From: the human T2T-CHM13v2.0 reference genome, Homo sapiens
Reading direction: 5' to 3' (one strand)
Assembly (NCBI RefSeq): GCF_009914755.1
Contig: NC_060935.1
Length of the DNA stretch: 64,000 nt
In this document: in pieces, positions 35,442 to 51,479 of the stretch
How the letters are laid out: each line of letters begins with the position of its first letter
Numbering within the stretch: the first letter of the stretch is position 1
Position numbers and translations under genes: made by a program
The notes under the pieces: model-generated
Databases searched by the model: none
What the model was told of the DNA's origin: nothing
Seen by the model: the letters and a program-made list of their open reading frames with translations, nothing else

Positions 35442-35858
35442 TGTATTAGTCCATTTTTGCATCACTATAATGAAATACCTGATGCTGGGTAATTTATATA
35501 GAAAAGAAGTTTAATTGGCTTACGGTTCTGCAGGCTGTACAGGAAGCATGATGCCAACATCTGCTCCAGGTGAGAGCCTCAGGAAGCTTTCGGTCATGGT
35601 GGAAGGTGAAGCCAGTACAGGCGTATCACATGGTGAAAGTGGAAGTGAGGGGGGTGGGGAGAATTGCCATACTCTTTTAGACAGCCAGGTCTCCTGTGAA
35701 CTACCAAAGCAAGAACTCACTATCACCAAGGGGATGGCATTAAGCCATTTGTGAGGGATCCATCCCCATGTTCCAGTACTTCCCATTATTCCTCCCCTCC
35801 AACATTGAGGATCACATTTCACACAAGATTTGGAGGAGCACACGTCCATACCATATCA
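35442..35858 (-). mobile_element. MSTB-type (ERVL-MaLR) solo LTR
   Basis: TG...CA termini, 417 bp, with a perfect 5-bp TSD CTTAT at 35437-35441 and 35859-35863. Confidence 0.92.
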
Positions 35859-35999
35859 CTTATAAACAAATGTTGATAAAAACCCAAGAATACTTCAGTG
35901 GTGCCTGGGAAGTGGTATTAACTTTATAAAAGGAGAGTTCTCCAAACTTTGTGGGAAGAAGCTACTTTTTAATACAATTACTTTCTTGATAATAAGGAT

Positions 36000-36490
36000 A
36001 ACCATACAGTTAAAAAGTGCTTATACAGAAGTTCTTATGTTTGATCCTTAAAGCATCTCTGAAAGCTAAGTAGGGCAGATGTTACCCTCATTGTATATGT
36101 GAGGTACTGGGAAGTTAAATGACTTGGCCAGGAACACACAGACAATTAGCAGCAAAGTTGAGATGTGGACCCAAATTCAGCACAGATTTCAACTCTAAAT
36201 TCTGTGCTTTTCTCAGTATTCCATACTACCTAAAACTTTGCAAAACATTCGTTTGAATCCCACATAAATCACATGAAGTAGATAACTTTTATTGAAATCC
36301 TGTAACATGCCAGATATTTTAGTTTTGGTATATTATTAATTCTTAAAATAGTCTTAAGATATCTTTTTTACCTTCTTTTCCCAAATGAGGAAAATTAGGG
36401 CTCAGAGACACTTCCCTGAGGTCCCAATTAAGTGACAGATCCAAATTCAAACATTGGTTTCTCTTACTCCAAAGCCTGTCTTGTTTCCAC
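36000..36490 (-). mobile_element. MIR fragments
   Basis: gaagttaaatgacttggccagg..cacaga and caaatgaggaaaattagggctcagaga. Confidence 0.6.
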
Positions 36491-38079
36491 TAAACGAAAC
36501 GTCATTACTGCTTTCTCTAGTATGTGTCCGGGTCAACTCACAGTTTGCTGTTTTTCTATTTGGCCTGTGAGGTGTTAGCTAGAGAACTTTGTTTTGCTTT
36601 GTTCCTTTTTATTATAGTATGGCTGAAGTGAATTTTCTCCAAAGATTGCTTTGATTTGGGTCTGCCATTTTCCAACTTTGTCCTTAGACAGGTCTTTCAA
36701 CTTTTTGAGCTTATTTCCTCTGCATAAACAAAACAAAACAAAAAATTCTGAATTATACAGTCAAGATTTCTTTCAGCTCTATTAAGATTTTGGTTATCTC
36801 AGAAAGGTAGGACTGGTGGAAATGATGGTGATCTGTTCACCTTTTTTAATGCCTCTCTTTATTATTGTTATTATTATAAGTTTAATGCTGATGATATATT
36901 TTCCAGCATTTTATAAAAGTTTTTTTTTTTTTTAATCTTTGACCCAAGTGTGTCTATGATTGTTGCCTGTTTAATACTGAAAAGCCATTTGGTGGGAATG
37001 ACCTATTAGAATTCTGTAACTAGCCATACTTTTCTCCTATTTTACTTTGGCAATTAAGAGCAAAAACAAACACATTATTTTGGTGGCAGTGAATAGGAGA
37101 GGTCAGATATGTCAGATTTCATTGCTCAGATTTGGGGAAATAAATTACCCTTGGTAATTTCAGTGAATAAAAAGTTGTTGCCAAAATAAATATTTTATGT
37201 GAAGTTCCCATCAACTGTAATAGTTTCTTATTGTCATTTTGAAAAAAAAAAAAAAAGAGTAATTAAGGTGACCTACATATGTAGTTTGTTCTATTTAATT
37301 AGCTTCTGCTTGGTTAGTAAATTACTGTGTCCTTTTGGTCTGCATCTCAGATAAAAGAAGAATCACACAGTATATTTAAATTGATACTTTAATTTCTATC
37401 AAAAGCTCATAGGTTTCTATTTGAAGTTGTAAATACATTATTAAGTCTTGCATAACAATTTTTTCCTTTTCTTAGGTCATACAGTTACTTATGAAAAGTT
37501 ACTTCTCAGTTTTTAAACTCAAAATATATTTATTTGAAATGATGGCAAAATTTAAATTTTATTAGTTTATATGTGTTCTGATTTTTTAAATAACCATCTG
37601 ACAGAAATTCTTAAATAGGCATCTTCAAAATTATTAATATCTAACTTTCAAAAAAAAGTCTGGACCTGAGGACAGATTCTCCCTAGGATTTATGCTATTA
37701 GCAATAAAAGCCAGACAACTTGTGGCAGGGGTATTTTGGGGGAAGAGGTAGGTAAATATGAGTCCTGAGCAAACTTCTGATTTTATTTCAGTTTCCATGT
37801 AAGTATAGTAATTTATTCCAGTAATGTCTTATTTGTTTGTAGGAATGGCAAACTGTCATATTTTAATCTCTGTTTCCCATGGGAGGTATAGATGTGTAGA
37901 AATATGCCACCTGACACAATTGTATATTGGTTTGTCATAATTTTTTCTCCACTTACTCTCAAAATGCACTGGAAGTAACATTTACAAAAAAAAAAATACA
38001 TTTACATTTAGGTGGTTGAAGATAGAAGTAAAAAGAGAGCATATGACTTGTAAAGGAAGTAGAAGGAGCATTGATTTTT

Positions 38080-38575
38080 ATTTTTCTGCATATATGCCTT
38101 TGTCAATTCATTTATTCATAATTTGTGGAACACTTTCAAAGAACCAGACATTGCGATTAGAGTCAACATGGCAGGTGTGATAAATATGTAACCGAAGTAT
38201 ATAGAGGATACTGTAGGAACACAGAATATAAACATGATAATCAGAACAACAGGTACAGGAGGTGACACACTGAGCCTAGAAGAATATATAGTATTGTTCT
38301 AACTAGGGGGAGAAGGTGAGACCTTCCAGGTAAAGGGAGCAGTTTATACAGAGGCATGGAGGTAGCTTAGGGAATTGTGAGCAATTCCAGTAAAGCTTAC
38401 TGGGGGCAGGCACAATAATGCAAATGTTAAGAATGAAATTCTCCCCATTTTACAGATGAGGAACATGAAGTTCAGAGAAGTTGAAACTTGTCTAGAGTCT
38501 TGAAAGTAGCATAGGTAGGATTTCAACCTAGATCTTTCTGATTCATAAGTCCATGGGCTTTCTAAATACAGTTCA
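38080..38575 (-). mobile_element. L2 fragment followed by MIR
   Basis: attcatttattcat at the start and ccccattttacagatgaggaa..agagaagtt MIR core. Confidence 0.6.
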
Positions 38576-40592
38576 CTGCCTTCCATAGAATCTGCTTATT
38601 GTTCTTAAGAACTAATATTAGCTCTGACCTCAGCTGTCAAGCCAATTGTGTAGAGGTATGACAGATATCGTTTGTTTTACATTGCCTGTTAATAAGGAAG
38701 CCTATCAGTTCTTTAAGGGGAGAAATAAAAATACTCTCTTAGCACTAAATGCAGAGAATAATTTAGTTTCATATGTGCAATATATTAAATATCATAATGA
38801 AATAAAGTCAGTTGTAATTTTGCAAAAGTTACAGCAAGAAATATCTGTTAACCCTTGAGAAAGGCAGCATCATAAATCATAGTATAGAAAAGGCATTTCT
38901 GCAGGGAAGGAAGCTAAAGTACTCCAAGTATATTGCTTTTTGGTCATCTGACTTAATGTGGAAAACCCAGAAGAATGACAATTTATTGGTTTTAACTGTA
39001 ATTTTGACAGGAGCTGGCCATTGGCCAGTCTCAGACCAAACTCTGGTGAGAGAGAACCAAGAGTCTGTGTTTTGTTTTGTTGCTGGAAGCAAGATTCATA
39101 GTCTTTAGCTATTATATTTATAGGAGCCAACATTGACATTTTGCTGTTAAAATTATATTGCCTGACTTGTGTTCTTGCTGAACAGAGAGGCTATCTGATT
39201 TAACAGAGTAGAACATTGATATATGCCTGGACAGGGTCAAAGCAGTTTTGGAAGATGGTAAACCAAGCTCCGGCATTTTTGTTCCCTCTCTCCCAATGAC
39301 CTATTGATGTGATAATAAATATACATGTATAAAGAATGAAACCATGGTAATGGTAGAAACAAAAGAGGATGTCATTGGGATAGCAAAGGTTTTGGCACAG
39401 TTCTCCAAGATACAAAGTAGATAGGACTGTTTTGATGAATAAACTAAAGTAGAGAAAAACTGCAGCCTAGAACACAAATAGAAACGGCTGCAGGTAGGGT
39501 TCCTGATAGAACCATCAGAGGCTTCAAGCTTGGAATTTGCCAGTATTGAGATCAAGAATTAAGTAGAGCAATAATCAGGGTAATTGAGCCTGTTGGCCCA
39601 TTCTCCTTCTTGTGTGCATTTGGAGCAGCTTTCTATAACATTTGCTGTAGCTGCTTTCTAAACATAATGGATTCCTGACCTGCTTAGGTCCCACGGTATA
39701 AGTGTTTGACATGGTAGAAAGTTGCAGTAGAACTTAAAGTGACTGGACTTTTATCGCCAACCCAGAGGAAAACATGAAAGACAACTCTACTCAAGAGTGA
39801 AATACCTACCCCAAATAAAATCCCAGTGTGAAGCTCCCTTGACAGTTGCAGTAATTTGAAGTAAAAGTATACCTTCTCCCAGCATATATACCCAGAAGGA
39901 AAGCCTAGTTGTCAACAGGACCAGCTCACTTATACTAATGGCACTAAGGGGTGAGGCTTTTTATGGAAATAAATCTCATAGCTCCAGAGGAAACCTATGC
40001 CAGTTGTCTATACTAATCAGTCTAATCACTTATTCATGGGTTTGAAAGGAGCACTAAGGATCATCAGATATTTGAGGAAAACAGCATGAATGAGACCTAG
40101 TTGAATAAACAGAATAGCTGACCCAAAATAAACAGACAATACAAAGAATGGAGAACTTTTAAAAAATCAAATTAATATCCTCAGATTTTCCTTCCAGCCT
40201 CTGCCTAAGATGTAGGTGAAAGGAGTTTCACTTCTACCCTGAGAATAAAGAAAAAAAAACACTGGATAATATACAAAGTCATAACTTTTCTTAAATCCAT
40301 CAGAAAACTAGGATCTCAAGGCAACGAAGTAGCTTGAGTGTAAGGAAAGACAGACAACCTCCAAGGAGAGGTAGGATGTGAGCACTGATTACTAATGGTA
40401 GAGCATGGGAAGAAGTTGGGGGCTGCTGTGTAATAAGGTGAAATAATTGAGCTAAAGCTTTTAACAAATCGTTAATGACCAAGTGTAGACTAGTATGTGA
40501 CTACGGCAGATATAAGGCAGTTTTTACTAGCTTGCAGTTTCTTCTGCATAGACCTCTTTTGGATATTCACAAGAAAGATTGAGGACAGGTTA

Positions 40593-41003
<411 letters not shown>

Positions 41004-41107
41004 CTAAGGCAAAAATAATGGTGTTTGTGGGCTTATAGCATACATAAAGTAAAATGTATGAAGAATTTAAAAACTGGGAAAAGGAAGAATTGAAAGTATA
41101 CTTTTTT

Positions 41108-41421
41108 CAGTTGTTTTTTTGTTTGTTTATTTGTTTGTTTTTTGAGACAGAGTCTCACTCTGTCACCCAGGCTGGAGTGCAGTGGTGCAATCTCGGCTTA
41201 CTGCAACCTCCACCTCCTGGGTTCAAGTGATTCCTGCCTCAGCCTCCCGAGTAGCTGGGATTACAGGCGCACACCACCACACCCGGCTAATTTTTGTATT
41301 TTTAGTAGAGACGGGGTTTCACTATGTTGGTCAGGCTGGTCTCGAACTCCTGACCTTGTGATCTGCCCGCCTTGGCCTCCCAAAGTGCTGGGATTACAGG
41401 TGTGAGCCACCGTGCCCAGCC
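41108..41421 (-). mobile_element. AluS
   Basis: Full antisense Alu with a (TTTG)n-type tail. Confidence 0.92.
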
Positions 41422-41466
41422 ATATTTTTAGTTTTTTTATGCTCTACATGAAGTGGTATAATATTA

Positions 41467-41702
41467 CAAGCTGAATATTTCTAATCAGAAAATCTGAAAG
41501 CCAAAATATTCCAAAATTTAAAACGTTTTGGGTGCCAACATGATGCTCAAAGGAAATGCTCTTTGGAGCATTTCAGATTTCAGATTTTAGGGTTTAGGTT
41601 GTTGAACCAGTATGTATAATGCAAATATTCCAAAATCTGAAAAAAAATTAAATCTAAAACACTTCCCATCCCAAGCATTTCGGATAAGGTATGCTCAACT
41701 TG
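41467..41702 (+). mobile_element. Tigger4a/MER46A MITE, near full length
   Basis: caagctgaatat...atgctcaacttg termini and internal catgatgctcaaaggaaatgctc. Confidence 0.85.
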
Positions 41703-42065
41703 TTTTTGAAGGTAGACTATGCTTAATTAAAGATACATTTTGTGAACTCCTGGGCAACCAATAAACATTTTTAAAGAGCTTAAAAAATAAGCCAATAGTG
41801 AAGAAAAATGAAATACTGAAAAATACTCAATCCAATAGCATTTAAAAAGAGAGAGAAAGGAACAAAGAAGAAATGGAACATACTGAAAACAGCTAGCAAA
41901 ATGGTAGATTTTAATCATAACAATGTTTATATTAGGTGTAAGTAGTCTGAATATTCTAGTTACAAAAGGGATTGTCCAGATTTGATTTACAACAAAACAA
42001 AAAACAAGACCCAAATAAATACTATCTACAAGAAATCCACTTTGAATATAAAGGTAGATATATTC

Positions 42066-42385
42066 CCAGGTGTGGTGGCTCACATGTGTAGTCCTAGCAC
42101 TTTGGGAGGCCAAAGCAGGAGGATTGCTTGAAGCCAGGAGTTCGAGACCAGCCTGGGCAACATGGTGAGACTCCATCAACACACACAAAAAAACTTAAAA
42201 ATTCACCAGGCATGATGGAGTGCACCTGTAGTCCTAGCTACTTGGGAGGCTGAGACAGGAGGATTGCTTGAGTTGAGGAGTTGGAGGCTGCAGTAAGCTG
42301 AGATTACACCATTGCACACTGCAGCATAGCCTGGGCAACAGAGTGAGACCCTGTTTCTTAAAAAAAAAAGGAAAAAAAGAAAAAA
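42066..42385 (+). mobile_element. AluJ
   Basis: ggattgcttga and ggaggctgcagt J diagnostics. Confidence 0.9.
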
Positions 42386-44536
42386 GTTAGATAGATTAAA
42401 AGTTAAAGAATGGAAAAAGATGTACCATGCAAATAACAGTCAAAAGAAAACTGTAGTGTCTATATTAATATCTGGCAAAGTAGACTTCAAAACAAGGATT
42501 ACTACCTGGAATAAAGAGGGATATTACATTTTGGTGAAGAGGTCAGTTCACCAAAAGACGTAACAATTCTAAATATGTGTGAACATAGCAATATTATTTT
42601 AATACAGATAAAGCAAAAATAGATAGAACTGAAAGGAGAAATAAGCAAATGCACAATTATAGTTAGAAACCACAACACTCATCCTCAGTGATAAAGACAA
42701 GTAGAGAGAAAATCAGTTAAAAGACATTACTATCAATTTTCTTCACCTAATTGATAGCATACCACTCCACTGAACACTAGCAGAATCTGCATTTCTTTCA
42801 AGTATACATGGAACATTCAGTTAGACCACATTTGGTACCATAAGACAAACAAATACAAAATAATTAAAATCATACAAAGTATGTTTTCTCACCAAAACAG
42901 AGTAAACTGGAAGTTACTAACAGAAAAATGTCTGGAAAATTCCAAATATTCCACAATTACACAATATATATATCATAAACCACGGGTCAAAGAAGAAATC
43001 ACAAGAAAATTGGAAAGTATTTTGAAATGAATGAAAATGAAAATACATTTGAAGTTTGAGGTAAATTTATAGCATTTCATGCCAATATTAGAAAAGAAGG
43101 TCTCCAGTCAATAATCTAAGCTTGTACCTTAACAAATTAGAAAAGAGGAGCAAATTAACTAAACCCAAGTCAAATCGAAGGAAGGAAATAATAAAGGCCA
43201 CTAATCAGTGAAACTGGAAACTGAAAGAGTAGAGGATATCAATGAAACCAAAAGGTAGTTCCTTGAAAAGATCACTAAAATTGATAAACCTGTAGCCATA
43301 TTAACTAAGTAAAAAGAGAGAAAATAAGAATTACCAATATCAGGAATGAGAGGGGACATCACTACAGATCCTACAGAAATTAAGATTATAATGTAGTATT
43401 TTAAAAAACATGATGGCAGCATCTCACAAGGACTTTAGAGGCAGGTTGAAGAGAGTCCCACTGGTTGAATCTGGGATCACTTAAGCACCAAATAATTATG
43501 TACAGTAATGAGTTATAAATCATTGAAAAATAAAAAGGAGTTAATGATTCTTTACTGATAATGGATAGTTAATAGAGAAGATGGGGGGGCTTCTGCTTAG
43601 AGAAGAATGCTGAGTGCTGACTGATGATTATGGAGGAATTACTGAAGTTGGAATATTATTTTTCAGCATGTTTAGTAAAGATTGATTTAAACAGAAACCA
43701 TTAATCAAGCTCATTCTAGGGAGAAATTTATATGAGAAGCAGGACGTATGCATGCTCTTAAACATGGACATCATTGCTTCCAGATGTGATACCCTTAGAA
43801 GGACACAACATCAGTCATGTAGTATTCAGGTTGGTAATATAAAACCTGAACAACCCCTGTAGAGCTTGAGTATACCATTGCATCAGTATTATTACTTATT
43901 TTGAAGTGACTTTTAGAATTTAGGTTGAGTTTTCTGGAGTATCTTCAAATACTTAGTTCTTCTCTATCTGAGCCTAAATAACCCAAACTGCTTCAGTTTT
44001 ATTCCAGAGCCCACTCCTATGGAACCAATAAGCTGTATTACCTTTCATAGAGAAATGAATGTGGTATGTTACATTTTGTTAGCTGATTGGGATATTTTTT
44101 TTAATTTCCTTTCTACCACATTGCAAGGAGTTTTCTTGAGGGGAGGTCATGTAATAACACATTCTAGAGTCTTCTGAACTGAGGAAGGGGACACTCATTT
44201 GTGTTTTGAAGACCAGATCTGTCTTTGGTCCCTATTTGTGGTCTTGTTAACATTGAGTTGAGGCAGCCTAAATTATCTGGGATGAAGAATGATACTGCAC
44301 GTTTCTCTAGTGGTAGAAGAATTCATATACTTTCTGATGAAGTATGTGGGGATAGAGGGTGTCAACCTAAATGTCTTAAAAAATCACTAAGGTGAAGATT
44401 TGGGAAGGAGTTATATTGTGGGCTAAAAAGTTAAGTTGTGTTCCTTGGTTAAATTCTGTTGGGGTCAGAGTTCCCAACTTACTGGTCTTCATAGTATGTT
44501 GAAAGAGAAGAGAAGGGTGCTTAAATATGTTGGGAA

Positions 44537-44832
44537 GGCCGGGCACTGTAGCTCACACCTGTAGTCCTAGCTCTTTGGGAGGCCACGGCAGGCGGATGGC
44601 TTGAGCTCAGGAGTTCAAGATCAGCCTGGACAACATGGTGAAACCCTATCTTTACAAAAAAATACAAAAATTAGTTGGGCATTGTGACATGTGTCTGTTG
44701 TCCCAGATACTTAGGAGGCTGAGGCAGGAGGATCACCTCAGCTTGGGGAAGTTGAGGCTACATTTAGCTGTCATCATGCCACTGTATTCCAGCTTGGGTG
44801 ACAGAAACCCTGTCTAAAAAAAAAGAAAAAAA
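44537..44832 (+). mobile_element. AluJ
   Basis: Full dimer, diverged. Confidence 0.9.
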
Positions 44833-44866
44833 GAATTGAGGTATGAGGGTATCATTTAAAATGTGA

Positions 44867-45379
<513 letters not shown>

Positions 45380-45702
45380 TAATGTTATTCCGTAGCATTT
45401 TTGGTTGGAAAGGAATTAATCACTCATTTTTTTAAAGTGAAGTCTGAATTTTGATATCTTATCAATTGCTGACCATCTTTCTCAGTCATTAATTGAGAAA
45501 TATCTATAGGCAGAGAGTCTTAGGCGTATACTCTTAGGCTTCTGCCAGAGGCTGGACTTATGTGAAAACTGGACCAATAGGGAAGTTTATTCTAGCTACT
45601 CTCCCCAAAAAATCTCTGTACTCAACCCACTTTCCCTAACTCTTTTTATTTCCCTCTCACAGTCAGGGATTTGGCTTGGCCTCTTTGGTTGTGATTGAGT
45701 AA

Positions 45703-45831
<129 letters not shown>

Positions 45832-46344
45832 TAAATGCACACTGAGAAGAATTGCTGTGAGTGTGGAGTTTACTGCGAGGATAGATTTGAAAAAGTAGCA
45901 TTCTTTAAAGCTGCTGGTATTAATTTATAGCCCATATACCTCAGTACCACATTCGTTTATTCAACACATATTCATTAATTAAGCACCTACTGTGTGTCAT
46001 GCACTGTGCCAGAGGTCAGTTATGAAAGCTCCTAGTATGTAGTTATAATCAGAAACATGAACCCTATTCAAGTTTCTCAGGCCACAGCATCGTGGTTTAA
46101 TGTTTGAATTTCTTCCTTCTGTCTTCTACATGCGGTTTAGCTTATAGGTTTTTTTTCAATAATTTTTTCAGATTTACTTCTGCTTCTTGTTAGCTCATTT
46201 GGATTACTTCAGCAACTAGATTATCTCTCTAACATCAGTCTCTTCATCTTTCCAGATTGTTCTCCATGCTACGATCAGACCTCTCCTCTTAAAATACCAT
46301 TTTTACCTTATTTTTTATCTTCTTTTTTTAATGTGGAGAAACAT

Positions 46345-46380
46345 TTCATTCATTCATTCATTCATTCATTCATTCATTCA
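46345..46380. repeat. (TTCA)9 tetranucleotide microsatellite, tail of an antisense Alu monomer/deleted Alu at 46381-46525
   Basis: Nine perfect TTCA units followed by agacagggtctcactctgtcacccaggctgg. Confidence 0.92.
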
Positions 46381-46798
46381 TAGACAGGGTCTCACTCTGT
46401 CACCCAGGCTGGAGTGCAGTGGTGCAGTCGTAGCTCACTATGGCCTCGAACTTCTGGCCTCAAGTGATGCTCCACCTCAACCTCCCAAAGTGCTGGGATT
46501 ACAGGTGTGAGCCATCATGCCTGGCATTTTTATCTTCTTAATATGGTGATTCTTTTGCTTAACTTTCAAATAGCCTGTAATAAATTGGCACCTTGCAACT
46601 GTAGTTAATTTTAGTCGCTCTCCCAACATTCGTTTAACAAATGCCAATAGTTTTTCTCTTCATTTTTTCCAACATATGCTTAATTCGTTGGTACCTCTGT
46701 TCTTTTGGTCATCTTCACTTGCTTTTCCTGGAAAATCCATCCATCATGCACTTTTCTTCAAAAAACTTTAGCAGTTGGGGATTCAAAAATGCTAGACT

Positions 46799-47123
<325 letters not shown>

Positions 47124-47229
47124 CTATTCCAATTCTCTCAATTTGCAGATAGGAAGTCAATGCTCTGGTAAGTTACTGTTTGTCCAACTCACTAGCAAAG
47201 CCAGGACTAGATCCCGTTGTCTTCAGTGC

Positions 47230-47988
47230 TGTTTTAGATAACTAAAAAACCAGTGATTTTCGTACTGTTACACACCACTCAATACAACACTTTTAACATT
47301 AGATTCTCCAGCAGACCCTCACTGTATGTCTTAGAATTTCTCACTCTGTCTTCCTGCAAATAGTATCAGATCCCACAGAATTAAGGACTCATTCCCACAA
47401 GACTGCCTCACCACATCAGGTGCCATTTGGCAAGCCCCAGGTTGTGACCTGTGCTTCTGATCGACCTGCTTTAAATAGAGGTTCCCATAACCCACTCCTT
47501 GGATTCGATTAATTTGCTAGAGCAGCTCACAGAACTCAGAGAAACATTTACTTAACCCTTACTGGTTTATTATAAAGGACATTACAAAAGATACCGATGA
47601 GCAAGATGGAAGGCATGCATAGGGCAAGGTATGGGGGAGGGAGCATGGAGCTTCCATGCCCCGTCTGTGCACATCAATCTCCAGACACTGCCAGTCTGGA
47701 AGCTCATTAGATCTTGTTGTGCAAGATCTCCAGCCCTCTTCTCAGAGTTTGGTGGGTGGGGAAGAAAGTCCAACCTTCTAATCTCTTGGTTTTTCTAGTG
47801 ACCAGTTCCATCCTGAGGCTGTCTAGGAGCCCCTGCCTTAAGTCATCTCATAGCATAAACTGTGGTGTAATCAAAAGGGGCTCATAATGAATAGCAAAAG
47901 ACACTCTTATCGCTCAGGAAATTCCAAGGTTTTTAGGTGCTCTGTAATAAGAACCGGGGGCAAAGACCATATATATGTCATGTTATAC
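47230..47988 (-). mobile_element. MER21-type LTR
   Basis: cagatcccacag..cccacaagactgcc, attaatttgctagagcagctcacagaactcag and caggaaattccaagg motifs. Confidence 0.78.
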
Positions 47989-48114
47989 TTTGATCTACAG
48001 TTTCTCCTAAATTCCTTTTGTTCTTAAATTCTTGACACAGTTGATCAGGCAACTTACTTTACAGGTATTTTATGTATTGATCATGTTTCTTAAGTAGTGC
48101 AAGAAAAGAGCTGG

Positions 48115-48424
48115 TGCCAGGCAAGGTGTCTCATGCCTGTGATCCCAGCACTTTGGGAGGCTGAAACAGGCAGATAGCTTGAGCCTATGAGTTTGAGACC
48201 AGCCTGGGCAACATGGTGAAACACTGTCTCTACAAAAAATACAAAAATTAGCTCAGCATGGTTGGGCATACCTGTAGTCCCAGCTTCTCAGGAAGCTGAG
48301 GTGAGAGGATCAGCTGAGCCCGGGAAGGTCGAGGCTGCAATGAGCCAAGATCGTGCCACTGTACTCCAGCCTGAGTGTTAAAGTGAGACCCCGTCTCAAA
48401 AAAAAAAAAAAAAAAAAAAAAAAA
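48115..48424 (+). mobile_element. AluJ with long A tail
   Basis: Full dimer followed by about 27 A's. Confidence 0.9.
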
Positions 48425-48736
48425 GAGAGAGAGAAGGGTAATTTCATACTATAGCTTTTTATTTGTTGTTTTTACTTTTTTTCTTACAGTCCAACATATT
48501 GGTTTTTGAGGTAATTATAATATGTAATTGTGAGTGAAATATAGAATACTTTTTGAGGAAATACCATCCAGATCTTTCTTGAAATCAAATTGGCCTCATT
48601 AAATTGACTGTGAAATCTTGGTCACATTACTCAGACTCTCTAAATATTGTTTCCTTGTTTATAAATAGATATAACAGTATCAACCTGCTAGAGTTGTTAG
48701 AATAAATAAGGCCATTTGTAGATGCCTAGTGAATGA

Positions 48737-49107
<371 letters not shown>

Positions 49108-49197
49108 TAGGTCAAGACTTACGGTAACTATTATTTATGCTTCTACTTCTGAGTTTCTGTGGCCTATTACAGACAGTATAATCTTTCTTTGGATTAA

Positions 49198-49413
<216 letters not shown>

Positions 49414-49583
49414 TGACATTTCCTCTCAATGAAAAAACTCATTGCTTTAGGCTTAATCATATGCTCTGTCATGATTCATTCAGGAGCTAATGTCTATTTA
49501 AAACATAGATTTAGACTTGTTTGGCCTTAGGTCCTACTATTTCATTTATATCACTTTGGTGGTGGGATGCACTCATCATCTGA

Positions 49584-49947
<364 letters not shown>

Positions 49948-50532
49948 CATTATCACCATTTCTGACATACACATGCAAATATATGTGCACTGCTTTAAAA
50001 ATATGATTGATAATTTTCATGTATTAGTGTTACTTAAGATATTCCTGGGGTAACTGTCAGGCTGTTAGGTTTTTGAGCCTAGTTTCTTAGAATGAATGAA
50101 AAAAGGAAAACTTCAATAAAATTGATTAGGATTATTTTTCAGAGAACTAAATCTGCTAAATTTGATAGTTTTCTTTTTAATGAAAATTTGTTTAAAAGAC
50201 TAATTTTCAGAGAAGAAAGCTAATAGGATTTGAGTTTGCTTATAGAATCTTATTAAACCATTTATATATGTGAATGAAATAAGGATATTTTTATGATGAT
50301 AATTTTACATGGCTTTTTCCTTGGACATGATGTCTTAAATGTTATTATAGAAAATTTCAAGTATATGTAAATGTAGGGAGAGAGTAGAATGAATCACCAT
50401 GTACTCATCATCCAGCTTCAACAATTATGATAATACTTGGAGTTTAGAACAGTGTTTTGAGTCAGCACCGACCTGCTGATCTGAGATTTAACTTAGAGTT
50501 TCTTTGCTTTATTTATTAATTTTATTCTTTAA

Positions 50533-50664
<132 letters not shown>

Positions 50665-51479
50665 TGAAATGCTGGTTGCCTAGCACTTTATCCAAAGGAA
50701 TTTTTGGACTTTCTGTCCTTTCCCAATTGCAAGTATGTATATCAGACTCCTTGATGGGAGATAGAATGTTAGGTCTGATCATAGAAAAATAATTACTGAA
50801 CCTTATATTAGAAATTTAAAAGAAAATAGTTTTTAAATGGGCTTTAAGCAAATTAGACAGTCAGGTTCTTAAGAATACAAATAATCGCCCTTCCTTTTGG
50901 TTTGATTTTTATGAAAAATTTGTGTATGGTTGGGAGCAGAGGAACAGCAAACAAAATCTGTTCTGTTATTATTTAGAAAGTCATATTACTGCTGACCTGA
51001 AAAGTATTTGAAAATTTAATTTTGTGAAGTTTCCATTACCACAGGCTTAATTTGTTATACTATCATTTCTGTTATCTTTTAACTAAAAATAAAGAAAGAA
51101 ATTACATTAAAGGTATTATAGAATATGATCCTTAGTAATTTCTATATTTTAAAATCTTTTGTTTTTCCTACTCTGCAAATATTCCAAAGAATTTATTTTC
51201 TTTGGCATATCAGTGATCATTTTTATTGTTAGCCAAGTGGGTTCTTTTCCCTTAGCCTAAACAATGCTTTGAGGCCTACTAAATATCTTTATAGATTATT
51301 CCCAAGCCAGCGTTTTATCTACTTGAGAAGTTACTAAAGAAGAGAGCATTGCTAGTTTTGATCAGGACTTTCATTTTCTTATAAAGAAGCTGTTGTTATT
51401 GGTGATCATTTAACATCTAAGAGTGTTTTGTTACCCTGTTGGGCCCTTACCTGTAAGTACTTTGGACGTGATAAAAGGA

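Noticed and set aside
38590-39780. Apparently repeat-poor intronic stretch as an enhancer or hidden exon
   Set aside because: No motif, splice pair or ORF that I can support from sequence alone. It needs conservation and chromatin data.
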